Assembly: GCA_026770705.1 (NCBI GenBank)
Contig: JANJGN010000026.1
Location: forward strand, 34,906,001-34,970,000
Source of the DNA: Isurus oxyrinchus
Lineage: Eukaryota
Reading direction: 5' to 3'
DNA: 64,000 nt
In this document: piece after piece, positions 11,380-25,359 of the stretch
Numbering within the stretch: the stretch's first letter is position 1
Layout: the number at the start of each line of letters is the position of its first letter
Made by a program: the position numbers and the translations under genes
The notes under the pieces: model-generated
Databases searched by the model: none
Told to the model about the DNA's origin: nothing
What the model saw: only the letters and a program-made list of their open reading frames with translations

Positions 11380-12510
11380 CGGGATGTGGGCGTCGCTGGC
11401 TGGGCCAGCATTTATTGCGCATCCCTAATTTCCCTTGAGAAGATGGTGGTGAGCTGCCTTCTTGAACCGCTGCAGTTCATGTCGTGTAGGTACACCCACA
11501 ATGCTGTTAGGAAGGGAGATCCAGGATTCTGACGCAGCGACAGTGAAGGAACGACGATATATTTCCAAGTCAGGATGGTGTGTGGTTTGGAGGATACTTC
11601 CAGCCGTTGGTGTTCCCATCTATCTGCTGCCCTTTCACTTCTAGATGGTACGGGTCGTAGGTTTGGAAAGTATTGTCAATAAGGGCCTTTGTGAATCCCT
11701 ACAGTGAATTTTGCTGCTACTGTGCATCGGTGGTGGAGGGAGTGAATGTTTTTGGATAGGTTGCCAATCAAGCGGACTGCTTTGTCCTGGGCGGTTTTAA
11801 GCATTTTGAGCCTTGTTGGAGCTGTACATATCCAGGCCAGTGGAAAGTATTCCATCACACTCTTGACTTGTGCCTTGTACATGGTGCACAGGCTTTGCGG
11901 AGTTAAGAGGTGAGCCAATCGTCACAAGATTCGTATCCTTTGACCTGCTTTCGTAGCTATGGTATTTATATGGCTAGTCCAGTTCAGTTTCTAGTCAATG
12001 GTGACACCCAGGATGTTGATAGTGGGAGATTCAGTGATGGTAACGCAATTGAACATCAAGGGTTGATGCTTCGATTCTCTCTTGTTGGACATGGTCATTG
12101 CCTGGCATTTGTTGGCCATGAATGGTAATTGCTATTTGTCAGTCCAATCTTAAGTATTGCCCAGGTCTTGCTGCATTTGTACATGGGCTGCCTCAGTATC
12201 TGCACAGTCACAAATGGTTCAGAACTTTGTGCAATCATCAACGAACATCCCTACTTCTGGCTTTACGGTAGAAGGGGGGTCATTGATGAAACAGGTTATT
12301 GATAAGCAAGTGTCACATGATAGCAATGTTGGTAACCTCTTTTATTACTTTACTGATGATGGAGAGTAGGCTGATGAGGCGGTACTTGACCGGAGTCAAC
12401 TTGTCTTGCTTTTCGTGTACAGGACATGCCTGGGCACTTTTCCATATTCCCGGGTAGGTGCCAGTTTTGTGGCTGTACTGGAACAGCTTGGCTAGGGGCG
12501 CAGCTAGGTC
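11380..12510 (-). mobile_element. Shark LINE ORF2 3' portion
   Basis: HLLTPQSLCTMYKAQVKSVMEYFPLAWICTAPT...NIHSLHHRCTVAA, plus the family 3' tail. Confidence 0.8.
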
Positions 12511-13224
12511 TGGACCACAAATGGCATCACGATGTGAGAAACTCTCAGGGGAGATCCAATCCAGCTGCCCTGGGAGCCAGCAGTGCCTTTTGCATTGACG
12601 GTGATCATGGTACTTTAACTCCTTGCAACAGGCTTATTCCAGGCAGCCTGTGGAGACCTCAGAGGGATAATGTCGCCTGCTCCATACCATTGCATCAAGG
12701 CGTTCACAGATGTAATGTTCTGAAGGGCTGGAAATTACATGGACAGCCATGCACCTTTATAAACAGGAAAGATTTACACTTGGTCAATGTGCAGCTGGTG
12801 TGCCACCATTAGGTGGCGTCCAGCGATCATGAAAGGCACTATATTCGTGCTTATATTTTTGTTATGAATTATAGGCGCAAAATAAAAAGTGTCGGATTGA
12901 GCCAATGAGCCATAGCTTTCCAGACTGACCCTAAATCCAAGCAGTAGGTGAAGCCGCTCAGCACCCTGGAATAAAAGAACTATCCATTCTTCAAAACCTC
13001 CCCTCCCACCCTCACTGCTGCTTCACCATAGCCCTGCATTTTATTTCCATTGGAGACCATGTCTCCATTGATAATAGATTAGACCCTGTCCAATTGTCCT
13101 ACTTAGGTTACCCTGGAGCATGACGCCTGTTGCCATGGTTTTCACACCTCAACACTGTTGTAATTGACGTGAACTGACAGAGCTTCTGGTCTACAAGGCA
13201 GGTGCAGTTTCATGTCAGGGATGT

Positions 13225-13765
13225 TGCTAAGACTCTCAATGAGTACTTTCGATCAGCACTTTCGGTCAGCTGCACACTCGGGATGGGCGAAGTGAACAAT
13301 TTCTGCAAGCTGTGGAACTCTGCAGAAAAACAAACTATCTTCTCTCAAAATCTGTTTGCCTTCATAACCGCAGGTAATTCTAGCAGGGTAAAATTGGGAT
13401 GAGTTGTGGCCGATACCAAGGGAAACAATACCTGCTGACGTGAGCATTACTATGGGCGCAAGCTAAAGCCACTCCCGCTCCTTCCATCTTAATTTCTGAA
13501 GGCAGCGACTATGTGAGCGAATCTCCATGACCCGGATCCCGAAATCAGGCTGAGAACGAGCAGATTAGATGCACACACATTAAAACAAATAGATTCAAAA
13601 GACGTTGGGAAGGAGGGTGAATAGACCCACCAACATCAGCACCCGATTACAAACTGTAATATCCACAGTAGTTCAGACAGTGGGAGAATAGAATTCTATT
13701 CGGCAGCAAAACATAGCGAGAAGTGAAATAATAATGAAGACCGGCGCTAGAGAGTTCCACAGATT
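13225..13765 (-). pseudogene. Decayed TCR alpha/delta V pseudogene
   Basis: GHGDSLT*SLPSEIKMEGAGVALACAH...PWYRP...IPSVQLTESA. The leader/promoter region 13680-13790 resembles 1081-1200. Confidence 0.55.
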
Positions 13766-15305
13766 GATTCCTGACTCTGTAACTCTCCGGGATGCCCGCG
13801 GTCGGAGAAGTGATGTAATTACCCGTCCCACTGGATTTCTCATTCATGACAAACAGGGAACGCCGACAGAAATATTCCTGATATCAGAGCGGGCAAGGCG
13901 GGACAGGCAGAGAGAGCAAACAACGGAAGCTGTTGCTGGGCCGAGGCAAGACAGATGTAATACATATACAATCTGAAAGGATTTCTCGCGTCATCCTTGG
14001 CTTATATCAAAGCGTTTGGATGCTAATTCAATTGAAAGAATCCAGTCCCAGGAGACAGACTACAGTACTTGTGTCACGTAACAGTCGGCTGAACAAAAGA
14101 CCAGGCGATAGAATAGTGGTAATGCTGCTGATGAGAGTAATACAGAGCATTAATACTCTGGAGATATGAGTTCAAAGCGAAACAAAGATCATGGAAGTGT
14201 CACATGGTTATAAAACCGCACCTGGTTCACTAACCTGCCTCGGATAAGGAAATCCGTCACTTTTGCCCATGTGACGGCAAATTCACAGCAATGAGCTTGC
14301 TTCATTACTGCGCCCGGAAATTTCCTCGCAGGCCACTCATTTGAATCAAGCCACCACAGAAGAATAGGACTGTGTGTGCATCTACATCATAGACAAGACG
14401 GCTCACCATCACCTTCGCAATGACATGTCGCAATGCGCGCTTAATTTTGCCCATGCCAGCTGTGTTCAATTCTAAAGAACGAATTGAAAATTATTTCAAT
14501 CACCACCCCATATGAGTGCCCCAATGTAGCCGTATCAGGCAGTGGCTGTGTGAAAACGTACCCTACAGCAATATCCTCAATGGAAGTGTTGAAATAAAAC
14601 TGGAGAACATTGATAAAACATATAAGAGCTCAAAATGCAATATCGAGATATCTTTCGTACACACAGGGAATAACGAATATGTTCTAATTGCGTTCAGTGA
14701 GAGTTAGGGAGGAGTATCACCTGGACAAGTTTAAGGGAACTCTTGGGGAAGAAGAGAGAGAGGGAGCCCCGGAGAATTGAGTTAAAACATGAAAAACCGA
14801 CATGAAATAGATTTCACCATTTCAAAACGAGAAGCAGTGCTTCATTTTCTACATTCTTGTTGTCAAGGAGAATAACCTTTTTCTTCAAAATGTGTTCAAG
14901 TTTACCATTTTCGTGCAATGACAAACAACCGCCCCTTTGCAGCCTCTTGATAGCTTAATTTCCACCATAGCTCTGCATAATCGGAAAGCCTGGAAACATT
15001 ATATCTGTTCCTTCTCCATCTTGATAACGTCCAGTTGGACTCCATCGGATCAGGAAGGATTTCTTCCCCAATCCTGCACTGTAAATCCGAATCGATTCCC
15101 TCTGTAAGGATAGTGAGTGTAATCCAGGTCAAGGCGCTTCGAGTTACTCTCTGCTCTCTCAAAACCTGGCGTTCTCGGCTCACCACAGGGGACACAGGAA
15201 GTGAGGTGTAAACATCCTGAGACAGAGCAACAGATTATTGAGGGCGGGGATTAGAAAGGGTGTCTTCAAATATCGAGCAGCCGTTTGGCAGGGCGGACAG
15301 CGACA

Positions 15306-15773
15306 ATGCGGCTACTCAGCATTTGGGCTGTGTGGACAGCGATTCTGACAGGTAAACGTGAAGGGAATACACTTCATCTTTTCTCTCTTTTCTCAGGCAT
15401 GTTTTCAATCAGATTTCAATAAGCTATCGGTCTTAACTTTACTGTTTTAATACATCTTTTCCAGGCGGGACTCATGGAGATTCTGTCACTCAGCCACTCT
15501 CATCAGATGTTAAGACCGAAGGCGAAGAGGTGACTTTGAAATGTAACTATGATACTACAAGTGACAGCTATACGTTATACTGGTACCGACAACACCCAGA
15601 CACACAGCCCCAGTTTGTACTGTACAAGGATAATTCTGGCAGTGAGAATAAAGCAGAATTTGCGAAAAGTCGTTTCACTGTAAAGCTCCAGATCTCCACT
15701 AAATTCACCAGTTTAACCATCTCGGGTCTGCAGCTGACTGACGCCGCCGTCTATTACTGCGCTTTCTGGGACG
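15306..15773 (+). CDS. Apparently functional TCR alpha/delta V gene segment (leader exon 15306-15351, V exon 15465-15773)
   Basis: Spliced open frame MRLLSIWAVWTAILTGGTHGDSVTQPLSSDVKTEGEEVTLKCNYDTTSDSYTLYWYRQHPDTQPQFVLYKDNSGSENKAEFAKSRFTVKLQISTKFTSLTISGLQLTDAAVYYCAFWD. GT-AG intron; Cys23, Trp41 and Cys104 present. Confidence 0.95.
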
Positions 15774-15812
15774 CACAGTGATGAAAATCAGTCTCACCCC
15801 TGTACAAAAACT
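15774..15812 (+). other. Near-consensus 23-RSS cacagtg-23-acaaaaact
   Basis: Direct read. Confidence 0.95.
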
Positions 15813-18502
15813 GCCTATGCACTGTTAGTGGGAACTCCAGTCTGTTGGGGTCTGTGTCGAATCTCGGGTAGATGAAGTGACAATGCTCAGCGGCGCTGCC
15901 AGCCGCTCAGACACATAGCGACGCGAAACCACATTAACCTCGGATCAAACTGCCGCCCAACTGTTCCCAGGAGCGGCCCAGAAAATCAAACAAACTGCAG
16001 AATCCGATCGGGCAGACAGACATGGAAGGGAATTTGACCTGACGTCCGATCCTCATTCGTTGTTCATTATCACCAGTAAATCAAGGTTAATGGAGGATGA
16101 GGGAGACATCTGCAAACAGGATGCAAACCGAACGCGATCTATGCTTGGTTCAGTAATCACAGGGCTGGACTGCACTAGCCATATAAATACTGTGGCTACA
16201 AGAGCTGGTCAGTGGCTAGGAATCCTGCGACGAGTAATTCACTCCCCTATTCACTAAAGTCTATCCACCTTCTGCAAGGTAAAAATCAGGAGTGTGATGG
16301 AATACTCCTCACTCGCCTGGATCAGTGCAGCTCCCAAAACACTCCAGAAGCTGGACACGGCTCAGGACAAAGCAGTCCGTTTAATTGGCACCACATTCAC
16401 AAACATTCACTCCCTCCACCACCAAAGCACCGTCACAGCAGTGTGTACCATATACAAGATGCACGGCAGGAATTCACCGAGACTCATTCGACAACACCTT
16501 CCGATAGCAGATGGATGGGAATACCAGCAAAAGTAGGACAGCATAAGGTAAAAAAAAATATAGATGCATTTCTGAAATTCAACTTTGGTTTATATTGTGA
16601 GTTGAAATAAACTACTCTAAATCCGGTACTGATTGTCACCTGTATTGAAAGGGAAAAATATAGATAAAGGAGTAGAGACTGGTTTCAAGGGAAGGCATCC
16701 CTGAAAATCATCGTGGAGCCTGAATTCTTCCTCCTCCTCATTGGTGTGAAGGAGCCCTCTTATGCGCACTGAATGGAATTCTCAGTGTGAGGCTTTCTAC
16801 GGGCTCCTGGAAGACATGTTCAATTGGTATTCATTCATGGGATATGGGCTTCGCTGGCTGGGCCAGCATTTATGACCTATGTGTAATTGCATTAGAAGTT
16901 GGTGGTAAGCTATCTTCTTGAACCGCTGAAGTTCATGTGGTGCAGGTTCAGCCACAGTGCTGTTCGGGAGGGAGTTCCAAGATTTTAACCCAGCGACAGG
17001 GAAGGAATTTCATGCAGTGAATAATACATGTGTCACAATTGCATTGGAGCATCTCAGATTGCAACCGTTGTGTAGATAGTTTAAGTACAGTTGCGCTGGC
17101 TCACTGTCTGTAAAGGCCACGTTGACATGTTTATAATATTCATTGACTGCATTGAAGCACTTCATGATCTATTTGGAAAACTGTAATATGATTTCATTTT
17201 TTGTGATGACCACTTTGAAACGCTTTGAACTGTTCTTTCAGATATTTTATGAATAAAGTATATTTTACCTAAAATAAACTGGATCACAGGAGGCAGACTC
17301 ACTGATGGGAATGGTATAATTACTGATTGATTTAGTGACTTGGTTCATTTATTACTATCATCTTAGCAAGATGCGTGGAAGACAATAAGTGATACCATAG
17401 GTAAAAGTTAGAAATGGTGGAAAATACTATCTGGAATGTGCAGGGACAAGAATTAAACGCTACTCCCACTGGGGGCGAGTACTGTCACTGATAATGTATC
17501 TATTCTTTTAGCTGGGAGGTCTCCTCTAGATCTGATCTGTTCACTGCACTTTGTCTTGTGCTACATGCGACTGCCGAATTGTCACCACAGCCGTTTCGGG
17601 TCAGTGCCCATCTGAGAGTCTTTGAAGAGTAACTCTGTCCCGCTGAATGGAAGGAGAAATTGCCCGGGTGAAAGTTTGATTTCCTCCACCAGGTGGCAGA
17701 CGAAGCCTAGATATCGCCCAGCTCTCTGCCTGGAGCAGCCCTCAGCCGCCGACCAGCCTTGGAATTGTCTATCAATCAATCTGTGCTTATAAATCCCATT
17801 TCGCTCCTGGAATCCACTCCAACTGAACGCATGGCATTCACCTGTCTGCTGGGTAACGGGAGTCGCTGTCCCACTCGCTGGTCCACGGGAAAAGCAGTGG
17901 AGAGTTCAGTTACTTTTACTGACTTCGCATCCATTCTGTCAATGCTTCCTCAGTCAATTCTAAGGGAGGTCAATGGCAGAGTAATTAATGCTGCTGAGTC
18001 CGCGCAATCACCACCACACATCTGATACAACAACAACCCTCAAACCCCCTCCGCCCCCACCTTCCCTTCTGAAGCAAATGTAGCTCTTTCTCATTTTGTG
18101 GCTATATTTGAATGGAGACGAATGGCAGCCGGAAAGCATCTGATGTGTTCCTGCTCCATCTCAGAAGATGGATCTCGCTCCTTTAGACTTCTGGGTCTCA
18201 AGCCAAACGCCACAGGGTGAAAGGTCAGCCTGTGCCCCAATGGCCAACTTAATGGCTTGTCATAGACAAGAGACCCTCTGCGAACTCGGCTGAGGCCGAG
18301 CGGACTCCGGCTTCGTGAAGATCCTGGAACAAAGATCTGACTCACCCAAGTCACAGCTATGTGCAAAGCAGCAGAAAGCATGAGAGCATTGGGTCCTGAA
18401 ATGCGATGAAATGCCACCAGAGTGCGTGTCTGCTTCAATTGGGCTTCAGCATGGCAGTGTGACCTGAATATTCGGATAAGTATAAGAGAGACTTGCATTC
18501 AG

Positions 18503-21117
18503 ACCCGGCAGAAAATGGCATCAGCGATTGCAATCGGAATTATCCCAACTGATTGAAACTCAGTGCAGTGCAAACACCATCGGTATGGGGGCTACCACTG
18601 GTGCAGACAAGTACAAAATCGCGGCCCAGAATTCATAACATTAGTGACTACAATACTGACGGGGTTGTACAGGCTTTATTTGCACCGTAGGAGAACAAAG
18701 AACAAACAACAAAGAAAAGTACAGCACAGAAACAGGCCCTTCGGCCTTCCAAGCCTGCGCCGATCATAGAGCTCGTAACTAAAACATTTTGCACTTCCCG
18801 GGTCCGTATCTTTCTATTCCCATCCTATTCATGTATTTGTCAAGCTGCCTCTTAAACACCACTATTGTACATGCTTCCACCGCCTCCTCTGGCAGTGAAT
18901 TCCAGATACTCACTACCCTCTGCTTCAAAAAACTTGCCCCGCACATATCCTCTATAGTTTTCTCCTCTCACCTTAAATCTATGTCTCCTATTAATTGAAT
19001 CTTCCACCCTGGGAAAAAGCTTCTGACTATCTACTCTGCCCATGCCACTCATAATTTTGTAAACTTCTATCAAGTCGCCCCTCAATCTCCGTTGCTCTAG
19101 TGAGAACAATCCGAGTTTCTCCAAACTCTCCTCATAGCTAATAACCTCCAGAGCAGGCAGCATCTTGATAAACCTCCTCTGTACCCTCTCCAACGCCTCT
19201 ATATCCTTTGTTAAGGTGGCGACCAGAATTACACGCAATATTCCAAGTGTGGCCTAACCAAGGTTCTATACAGCTGCAGCATGACTTCTCAGTTATTATA
19301 CTCAATACTCCTGCCAATGAAGGGAAACATGCCGTATACCTTCCTGACTACCTTATCCACCTGCGTTGCCACTTTCAGTGATCTGTTGACCTTTAGACCC
19401 AGATCCGTCTGACCGTCGATGCACTTAAGAGTTCTGCCATTTGCTGTATAATTCCTGCCTGTATTAGACCTTCCAAAATGCATTACCTCGCATTTGTCCG
19501 GAGTAAACTCCATCTGCCAGTTCTTCGCCCAAGTCTGCAACCGATTTATATGCCGTTGTATCATTTGACAATCCTTCTTTACTATCTGCAACTCTCCAAC
19601 CTTAGTGTCTTCTGTAAATTTACTAATTAGACCAGTTACATATTCCTCCAAATCAGTTACGTATGCAGCAAACAGCAAAGGTCCCAGCACTGATCCCTGC
19701 GGAACTCCACTAGTCACAGCTCTCCATTCTGAAAAGCATCCTGCCAATGCTACCCTCTGGCTTCTATGACCAAGCCAATTCTGTATCCACCTTGCCAGCT
19801 TACCTTTGATCCCGTGCAACTTTACCTTCTGTATACGTCTACCATGAGGGACCTTGTCAAAGGCCTTACTGAAATCCATGTAGATAACATCCACTGCCCT
19901 TCCATCATTGACCATCTTTGTCACTTTCTCGAAAAACTCGATCAAGTTAGTGAGACATGACCTCCCTTTCACAAAACCCTGCTGCCTTTCACTAATACGC
20001 CCATTTGCTTCCAAATGGTAGTAAATCCCGTCACAAAGAATCTTCTCCAATAATTTCCCTACCACTGATGTAAGGCTCACCAGCCTGTAATTTCCTGGAT
20101 TATCCCTGCTACCCTTCTTAAACAATGGAACAACATTGGCCATTCTGCAGTCCTCTAGGACCTCTCCCGTAGCCAGTGAGGATACAAAGATTTCTGTCAA
20201 GGCCCCAGAAATCTCCTCCCTTGCCTCCCTCAGTACTCTCGGGTAGATCCCATCTGGTCCTGGGGACTTATCCACCTTAATATTCTTCAAGACGCCTAAC
20301 ACCTCCTCTTTTTTGAACTCCACATGATGCAGGCTATTTACACACTCTTCCCTAGGCAAATCGACCGCTAAGTCCTTCTCGTTGGTGAATACTGATGAGA
20401 TGTATTCATTTAGTATCTCTCCCATTTCTTCTGGCTCCACACACAGATTCCCACCTCTGTCCCTGTGTGGGCCAACCCTTTCCCTGGCTACCTTCTTGCT
20501 TTTTACATATGTTTTAAAGGCCTTGGGGATTTTCCTTAATCCTAGTTGCCAGTGACTTTTCATGACCCCTTTTAGCCCTCCAGACTCCTTGCTTAAGTTT
20601 CTTAGTACTTTCTTTATATTCTCCAGGGTCTTCATCTGTTCCCAGCCTTTTAGCCCTTACGAATGCTTCCCTTTTCTTTTTGACTAATCTCACAATATCC
20701 ATCGTTATCCACGGTTCCTGAAACTTGCCATGCTTATCCTTCATCCTATCAGGAACTTGCCGGTCCTGAACTCTTATCAACTGACGTTTGAAAGCCCCCG
20801 ACATGTCCATTGTTGATTTGCCCTCAAACATCCGCCTGCAGTCTAGATTCCTCAGCTCCTGTCTAATATTGCTCTAATTAGCCTTCCCCCAATTAAGCAC
20901 CTTAACCCGATGACGCCTGTTATCCTTATCCACTAGTACCTTGAAACCTATTGAATTATGGTCAGCTTTCCCGAAATGCTCCTCTAATGTTATGTACTGA
21001 TATAACTAGAAGTTATGACATTCTCAGTATTGAGGGCATCGCGGCGTCAGACGTTGGAATGTTGGGTGTACAGTGAGACATGGTGGGGCCGAGACCAAGT
21101 GGGCCCATACAATACCC
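18503..21117 (+). pseudogene. TCR alpha-like V pseudogene split by a LINE (5' half ~18503-18691, 3' half ~20989-21078, RSS 21079-21117)
   Basis: 5' half QCKHHRYGGYHWCRQVQNRGPEFITLV. 3' half DITRSYDILSIEGIAASDVG..CTVR + catggtg-23-acaataccc. Confidence 0.7.
18692..20988 (-). mobile_element. 5'-truncated CR1-type LINE with reverse-transcriptase ORF2 (frameshifted)
   Basis: ORF 19289-20635 with KSPGPDG, YMDFSKAFDKVPH and GVPQGSVLGPLLF. 3' ORF ALERVQRRFIKM...RRLRGDLIEVYKIM; simple-repeat tail at 18692-18715. Confidence 0.97.
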
Positions 21118-21803
21118 GCTGCGGGTTCCCATCAGCCAGCCCCTACACAGGTACTATTATGTGGGCTCCTTTCAACAGGCTTCACCCATCCTATAAGGAA
21201 AGGATAACAAGATTATCCTGAATGTGCTGACTCCCTTGGTAGGTAGAGTATCATCGACCCCGCCCATTCCCCCGGAAAAGGGGATTAGAGATCATGGTGA
21301 GTGTTTTACTTGTTTTGTTACACACAAGTCCACAGGCTCCACACATTCTGTAAGGACATGGCTCCCTGGGCTGTCCTGATGGCGTTAAATGTTTACTGAG
21401 TTACGGCACCTCGGGAGCTCACTCATTTTGTAAGGGTTGTTTTCCACTGCATTTGAACATCCAGTGTCAGGCTGGTCGCTTGTGAGAATGATTCTCATAA
21501 AGAGATGTGCTTCCCCTCACTTCCCTCCTCGCGGAGCAGAAGAAGCTGCTGGTCTTCAGACAACTGATAGGTTCAGAGCTGAACCGCGGGGGAAATGAGC
21601 CGCGGGCTAACAAACAACCTCCTTATATCCGGTGAACAATATCAATTTCAAGCCAATGAGGAGCGGGAAAAATAAACACGTGACCGAGATATTGCATATC
21701 CATCATTGACTTTAAACAGCCAACATTTTAATCTCTTCACCCGATTCATTTTCTTCTGTTATGAGCTGCCTCCTATTATTGTATTGACATTCTCATAGCA
21801 ACC

Positions 21804-22240
21804 ATGTGTTGTGTCGCCCCGTTAAAGCTATTATCCGTCATCCTGGCGATCCGAACAGGGAGGTACAGGACAGGTACCCAATAACCAAGAGTGAGTTTTT
21901 CATTATTCATCTCGTTTTTCCAGTTTTTCATACCCTGAATACTTCTGCAGGTCGATGTCTCTCGAACCGTGTCCTTCAATCTCCCGCTTCGAAAACAGTC
22001 CAGAGCGGGGATTCGCTGCAGATGGACTGCAGCTACGAGGTGTCCGACTTTTAGGCGATGCGTTGGTATAGACTGCAATACGGCCAGGGACTGCAGTGGA
22101 TTATAAGGCGAGCATAGATTGGCAAATAGAGACGCGGGCGATATGAACTGAAACTTTCCGAGTCGGAGAAACGCGGCAAACCGCTCATTGAAGGCACTGA
22201 GGACGCCAATGTCACGGTTTATTAATGTGCGGCTGAGCCC
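21804..22240 (+). pseudogene. TCR alpha-like V pseudogene (leader ~21804-21858, V exon 21951-22240)
   Basis: NRVLQSPASKTVQSGDSLQMDCSYEVSDF*AMRWYRLQYGQGLQWII...VTVY*CAAE, with several stops. Confidence 0.88.
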
Positions 22241-22279
22241 CACACTGAGACAAAACCGGGCAGTCACTGTCCAAAAACC
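22241..22279 (+). other. 23-RSS cacactg-23-ccaaaaacc
   Basis: Exact spacer, one mismatch in each element. Confidence 0.85.
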
Positions 22280-23299
22280 TCGCTCCTGGGCACAGTTCCG
22301 GAAGAGAGGCAGCAATCTCTTTGATAACAGAAGGCGGGCCAGGCGGCTCAGAGCATGAGCGGCTAACGACAGAGACGGGCAGGGGTGCCACTGGTTGCCT
22401 AGTAAATCCAGGGCTGCCGCGGATTGTCTAGTAAATCCTACTGGAGAGGATCTTTCATCAGAGATACTGATGGTCACAGCAGAGAGTGTCGGACTGTGGA
22501 TGCAGTTAGTCAGTGCGGTCTTTCCTACGTGGGGAGCTCCATTGTCTGATTGTGTCCCAGGGAACCGAGGGGATCCTGAGTGTTTAATTTATGCCGTTGT
22601 GTGATGATTCTTAAAGAACATTAAGATAATCATACAGTAAAATCCGTGCTTAAATTTGCCCCAAATTATGACAAAACAGTTATCTGAAAGAATGTGCTTG
22701 CGATTGTCCTGCGGATGATATTTTACCGACCCCCACCCCCCTCTTCTATCTCGCAGGAAAATATTAACCAAATTCGAAACAAAAACAGAAAATGCTGCAA
22801 ACACAACCAGAAACAGTATGAAGGCTCCAGTCTGTGACCTTTCACCAGAAATCAGCAACTCCTCAAACTGAGTTCAGGTGGAATGTCGCGGACGTGAAAC
22901 CTTATATCTGATTCTCCCTGCAACAATGTTTTCCGACTTGCTGAGTATGGCAAGAATTACCTGTTTTTGCCCCCAAATGTATTTGAATGGGAGCATAAAG
23001 CTGCTGATGACAGAGTCCTACCAAGTGAGAGGCAGCAGCCATCATTAGTTGTAACTAGCTGTGGGTCAGAGTCCCACGCACGGCAAGACATTTGTAAGCC
23101 AGATGGGTTTTCGTGACAATTGTTTTTTTCCTGCAGATAATTAGACAAAGTTATTAAACTCAAGTTTTACCATTTGTCGTGGTGGGATTCGAACACTGGA
23201 CATTGTGCAATGGTGTTGGATTACTAGCTCATCGATAATTCCACGACACCACTGTAGCACACTACCTTAACGCAAAAGCAGAAAGGTTAAGGAGTATGA

Positions 23300-24886
23300 T
23301 TCCGCCAGTGTTCAGCAGAGGGTAGATTGCTAAAGTTGTCTGTGTGTGATTATGACACTGCGCAGCAAAGGGTAGATTGTTAAAGGTGTGTGTGTGTGTG
23401 TATATGTGTTTGTGTATGTGTGTGATTATGACATTGTCCAGCAGAGGGTAGATTGCTTAAGATGTGTGGGTGGGTGTGCGTGTTTGTCATGATCACAGTG
23501 CCCAGCAGAGGGTAGATTGCTCAAGGGCTGTCTGTGTGTGCATGTGGTAATGACAGTGTCCAGCAGAGGGTAGATTTCTAATGTTGTGTGTGCGTGTGTG
23601 TGATTCAGGCAGTGTCCATCNNNNNNNNNNNNNNNNNNNNNNNNNNNNNNNNNNNNNNNNNNNNNNNNNNNNNNNNNNNNNNNNNNNNNNNNNNNNNNNN
23701 NNNNNNNNNNNNNNNNNNNNNNNNNNNNNNNNNNNNNNNNNNNNNNNNNNNNNNNNNNCAAACGGCAAAGACGAATTGAAGGGCCACATCAATACTAAGG
23801 GAACGGTTTCATTATCTTTGTGTCAAACAGCAGATGCCATGGCTGGGACATGTGAAAACATAGGCCCTGTCACCGAGCTCCAATACTCAGTGAACATCTC
23901 AGAGCTTCCAAGCGATCTTGGAGGTGGTAAAACAGAATTGACGGAGTTGGCGAGTAACCACAGTTCAGAGATATCCAGGAAAATTCACAACCCCTTCATT
24001 CTGAAAGATGTTCAGAACCTGAATCTTCGCCATTTCTTCCTGAAAGACATAGGTAGAATATTTCGAAAGAAAGGAAGTAACCCTGGAAAACACGCTGACT
24101 CACCAAACCTGGATTCACTGTGCAATATCTATTCTCCTAATAATCTGGATTTGCAAGTCTAATGATGACAACGGAATCATTGCCAGTTGCAGTGAATAAA
24201 CCCATATGTTTCACTAATGTGCTTTAGGGAGAGAAATCTGCCGCCTTTACCTGGTCTGGCCTACATCTGACTCCAGGCCCACATTTATGTGGTTGGCTCT
24301 TAAATGCCCCTGAACAAGGGCAATTAGAGCAGGACAATAAATGCTGGCCAACGTCCTACTAAGGAATAAAACAAATGTTAAAAATATCAATTTTTCCCCA
24401 GTCTCTCGGTGCGAAGAGTTTCTGCCCGTGCAGTGGCCAACGAACACGAGGCAATGGAATTGATAAAAGCTAATCAGCACAGCTCAGAGCCAGGTTAAAC
24501 ATAGCAAGGGTTCAATTCCAATCCCACACAATGCAATAATCGAATGCCGAGAACCATAAATGCTGCAAATCTGAAATAAAAGAACAGAACATTCTGGAAA
24601 AGTAAAGGATAGCTGGTTAGGATGCCTCTCAGTGGAGAGCTAACGTTTCAGATTGATGAAATTTTATCCCAACTGGAAATGCTGGAAGTGACGTAAGTCT
24701 TCTTCAATGATTTGGTGGGATTTTGTGTGTTTCATTGTATGGGACCTGGTTAACTTTTGCAGCCAGTGTGGGGTCCATGGCGTAAGGTGTTGGCGGATGA
24801 TAGTTCCCATGGATATTTAAAGCAAACCCTGTGATTTCGTTTTGCAAAACATCAGATACCTTGTCTGGGGTCACAAGAACCAGGTA
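23300..24886 (+). repeat. Minisatellite plus segmental duplication copy B (gap N 23621-23758)
   Basis: Aligns with 4470-6045. Confidence 0.88.
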
Positions 24887-25359
24887 ACATTCTCCGGAAT
24901 ACTGGGGTAAGAGCGGGACAGGGGGATTCTCTCGATGTCCTGGGGCCACATTCCACCTTTAACAAACACCACCCAATGCAAACACATGCACCGACCTCCC
25001 AGTTTATCACTGTGCGGAAAGGAATGCAACAGCACAACTGGCAGAAAGAAAAGCTCCCCTCCCCCACCCCTGTACCCCAGAGTATTGTGGGAGGGGCTTT
25101 CACATCCTGATCACAATCCAAATGTAGAGTCAGAAAATTGCAGCCTCCTTTTATAAACCTATCTCTTATTCACACAGCACTTAGCCACCTATCCGGGAAC
25201 CATGCGGCCCATCAATGATCTCAGCGAAACTGCCCTGTACAAATAAACTCGATCCCCCTAAAATATTTCATTCCAGCTCTGAGGTCCGGTTTCCCAGTGC
25301 ACTCCAGGGCTGCAGTCTCCAGCTCCCCGTCATATAAACCCTCAGTTCCAGGCAGCAGA

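Noticed and set aside
21776-22477. 233-aa minus-strand ORF
   Set aside because: Antisense to a V pseudogene; no recognisable domain.
23759-24162. Open frame after the gap (NGKDELKGHINTKG...)
   Set aside because: The paralogous copy at 4915-5280 has stops in the same frame; no splice signals or domain.
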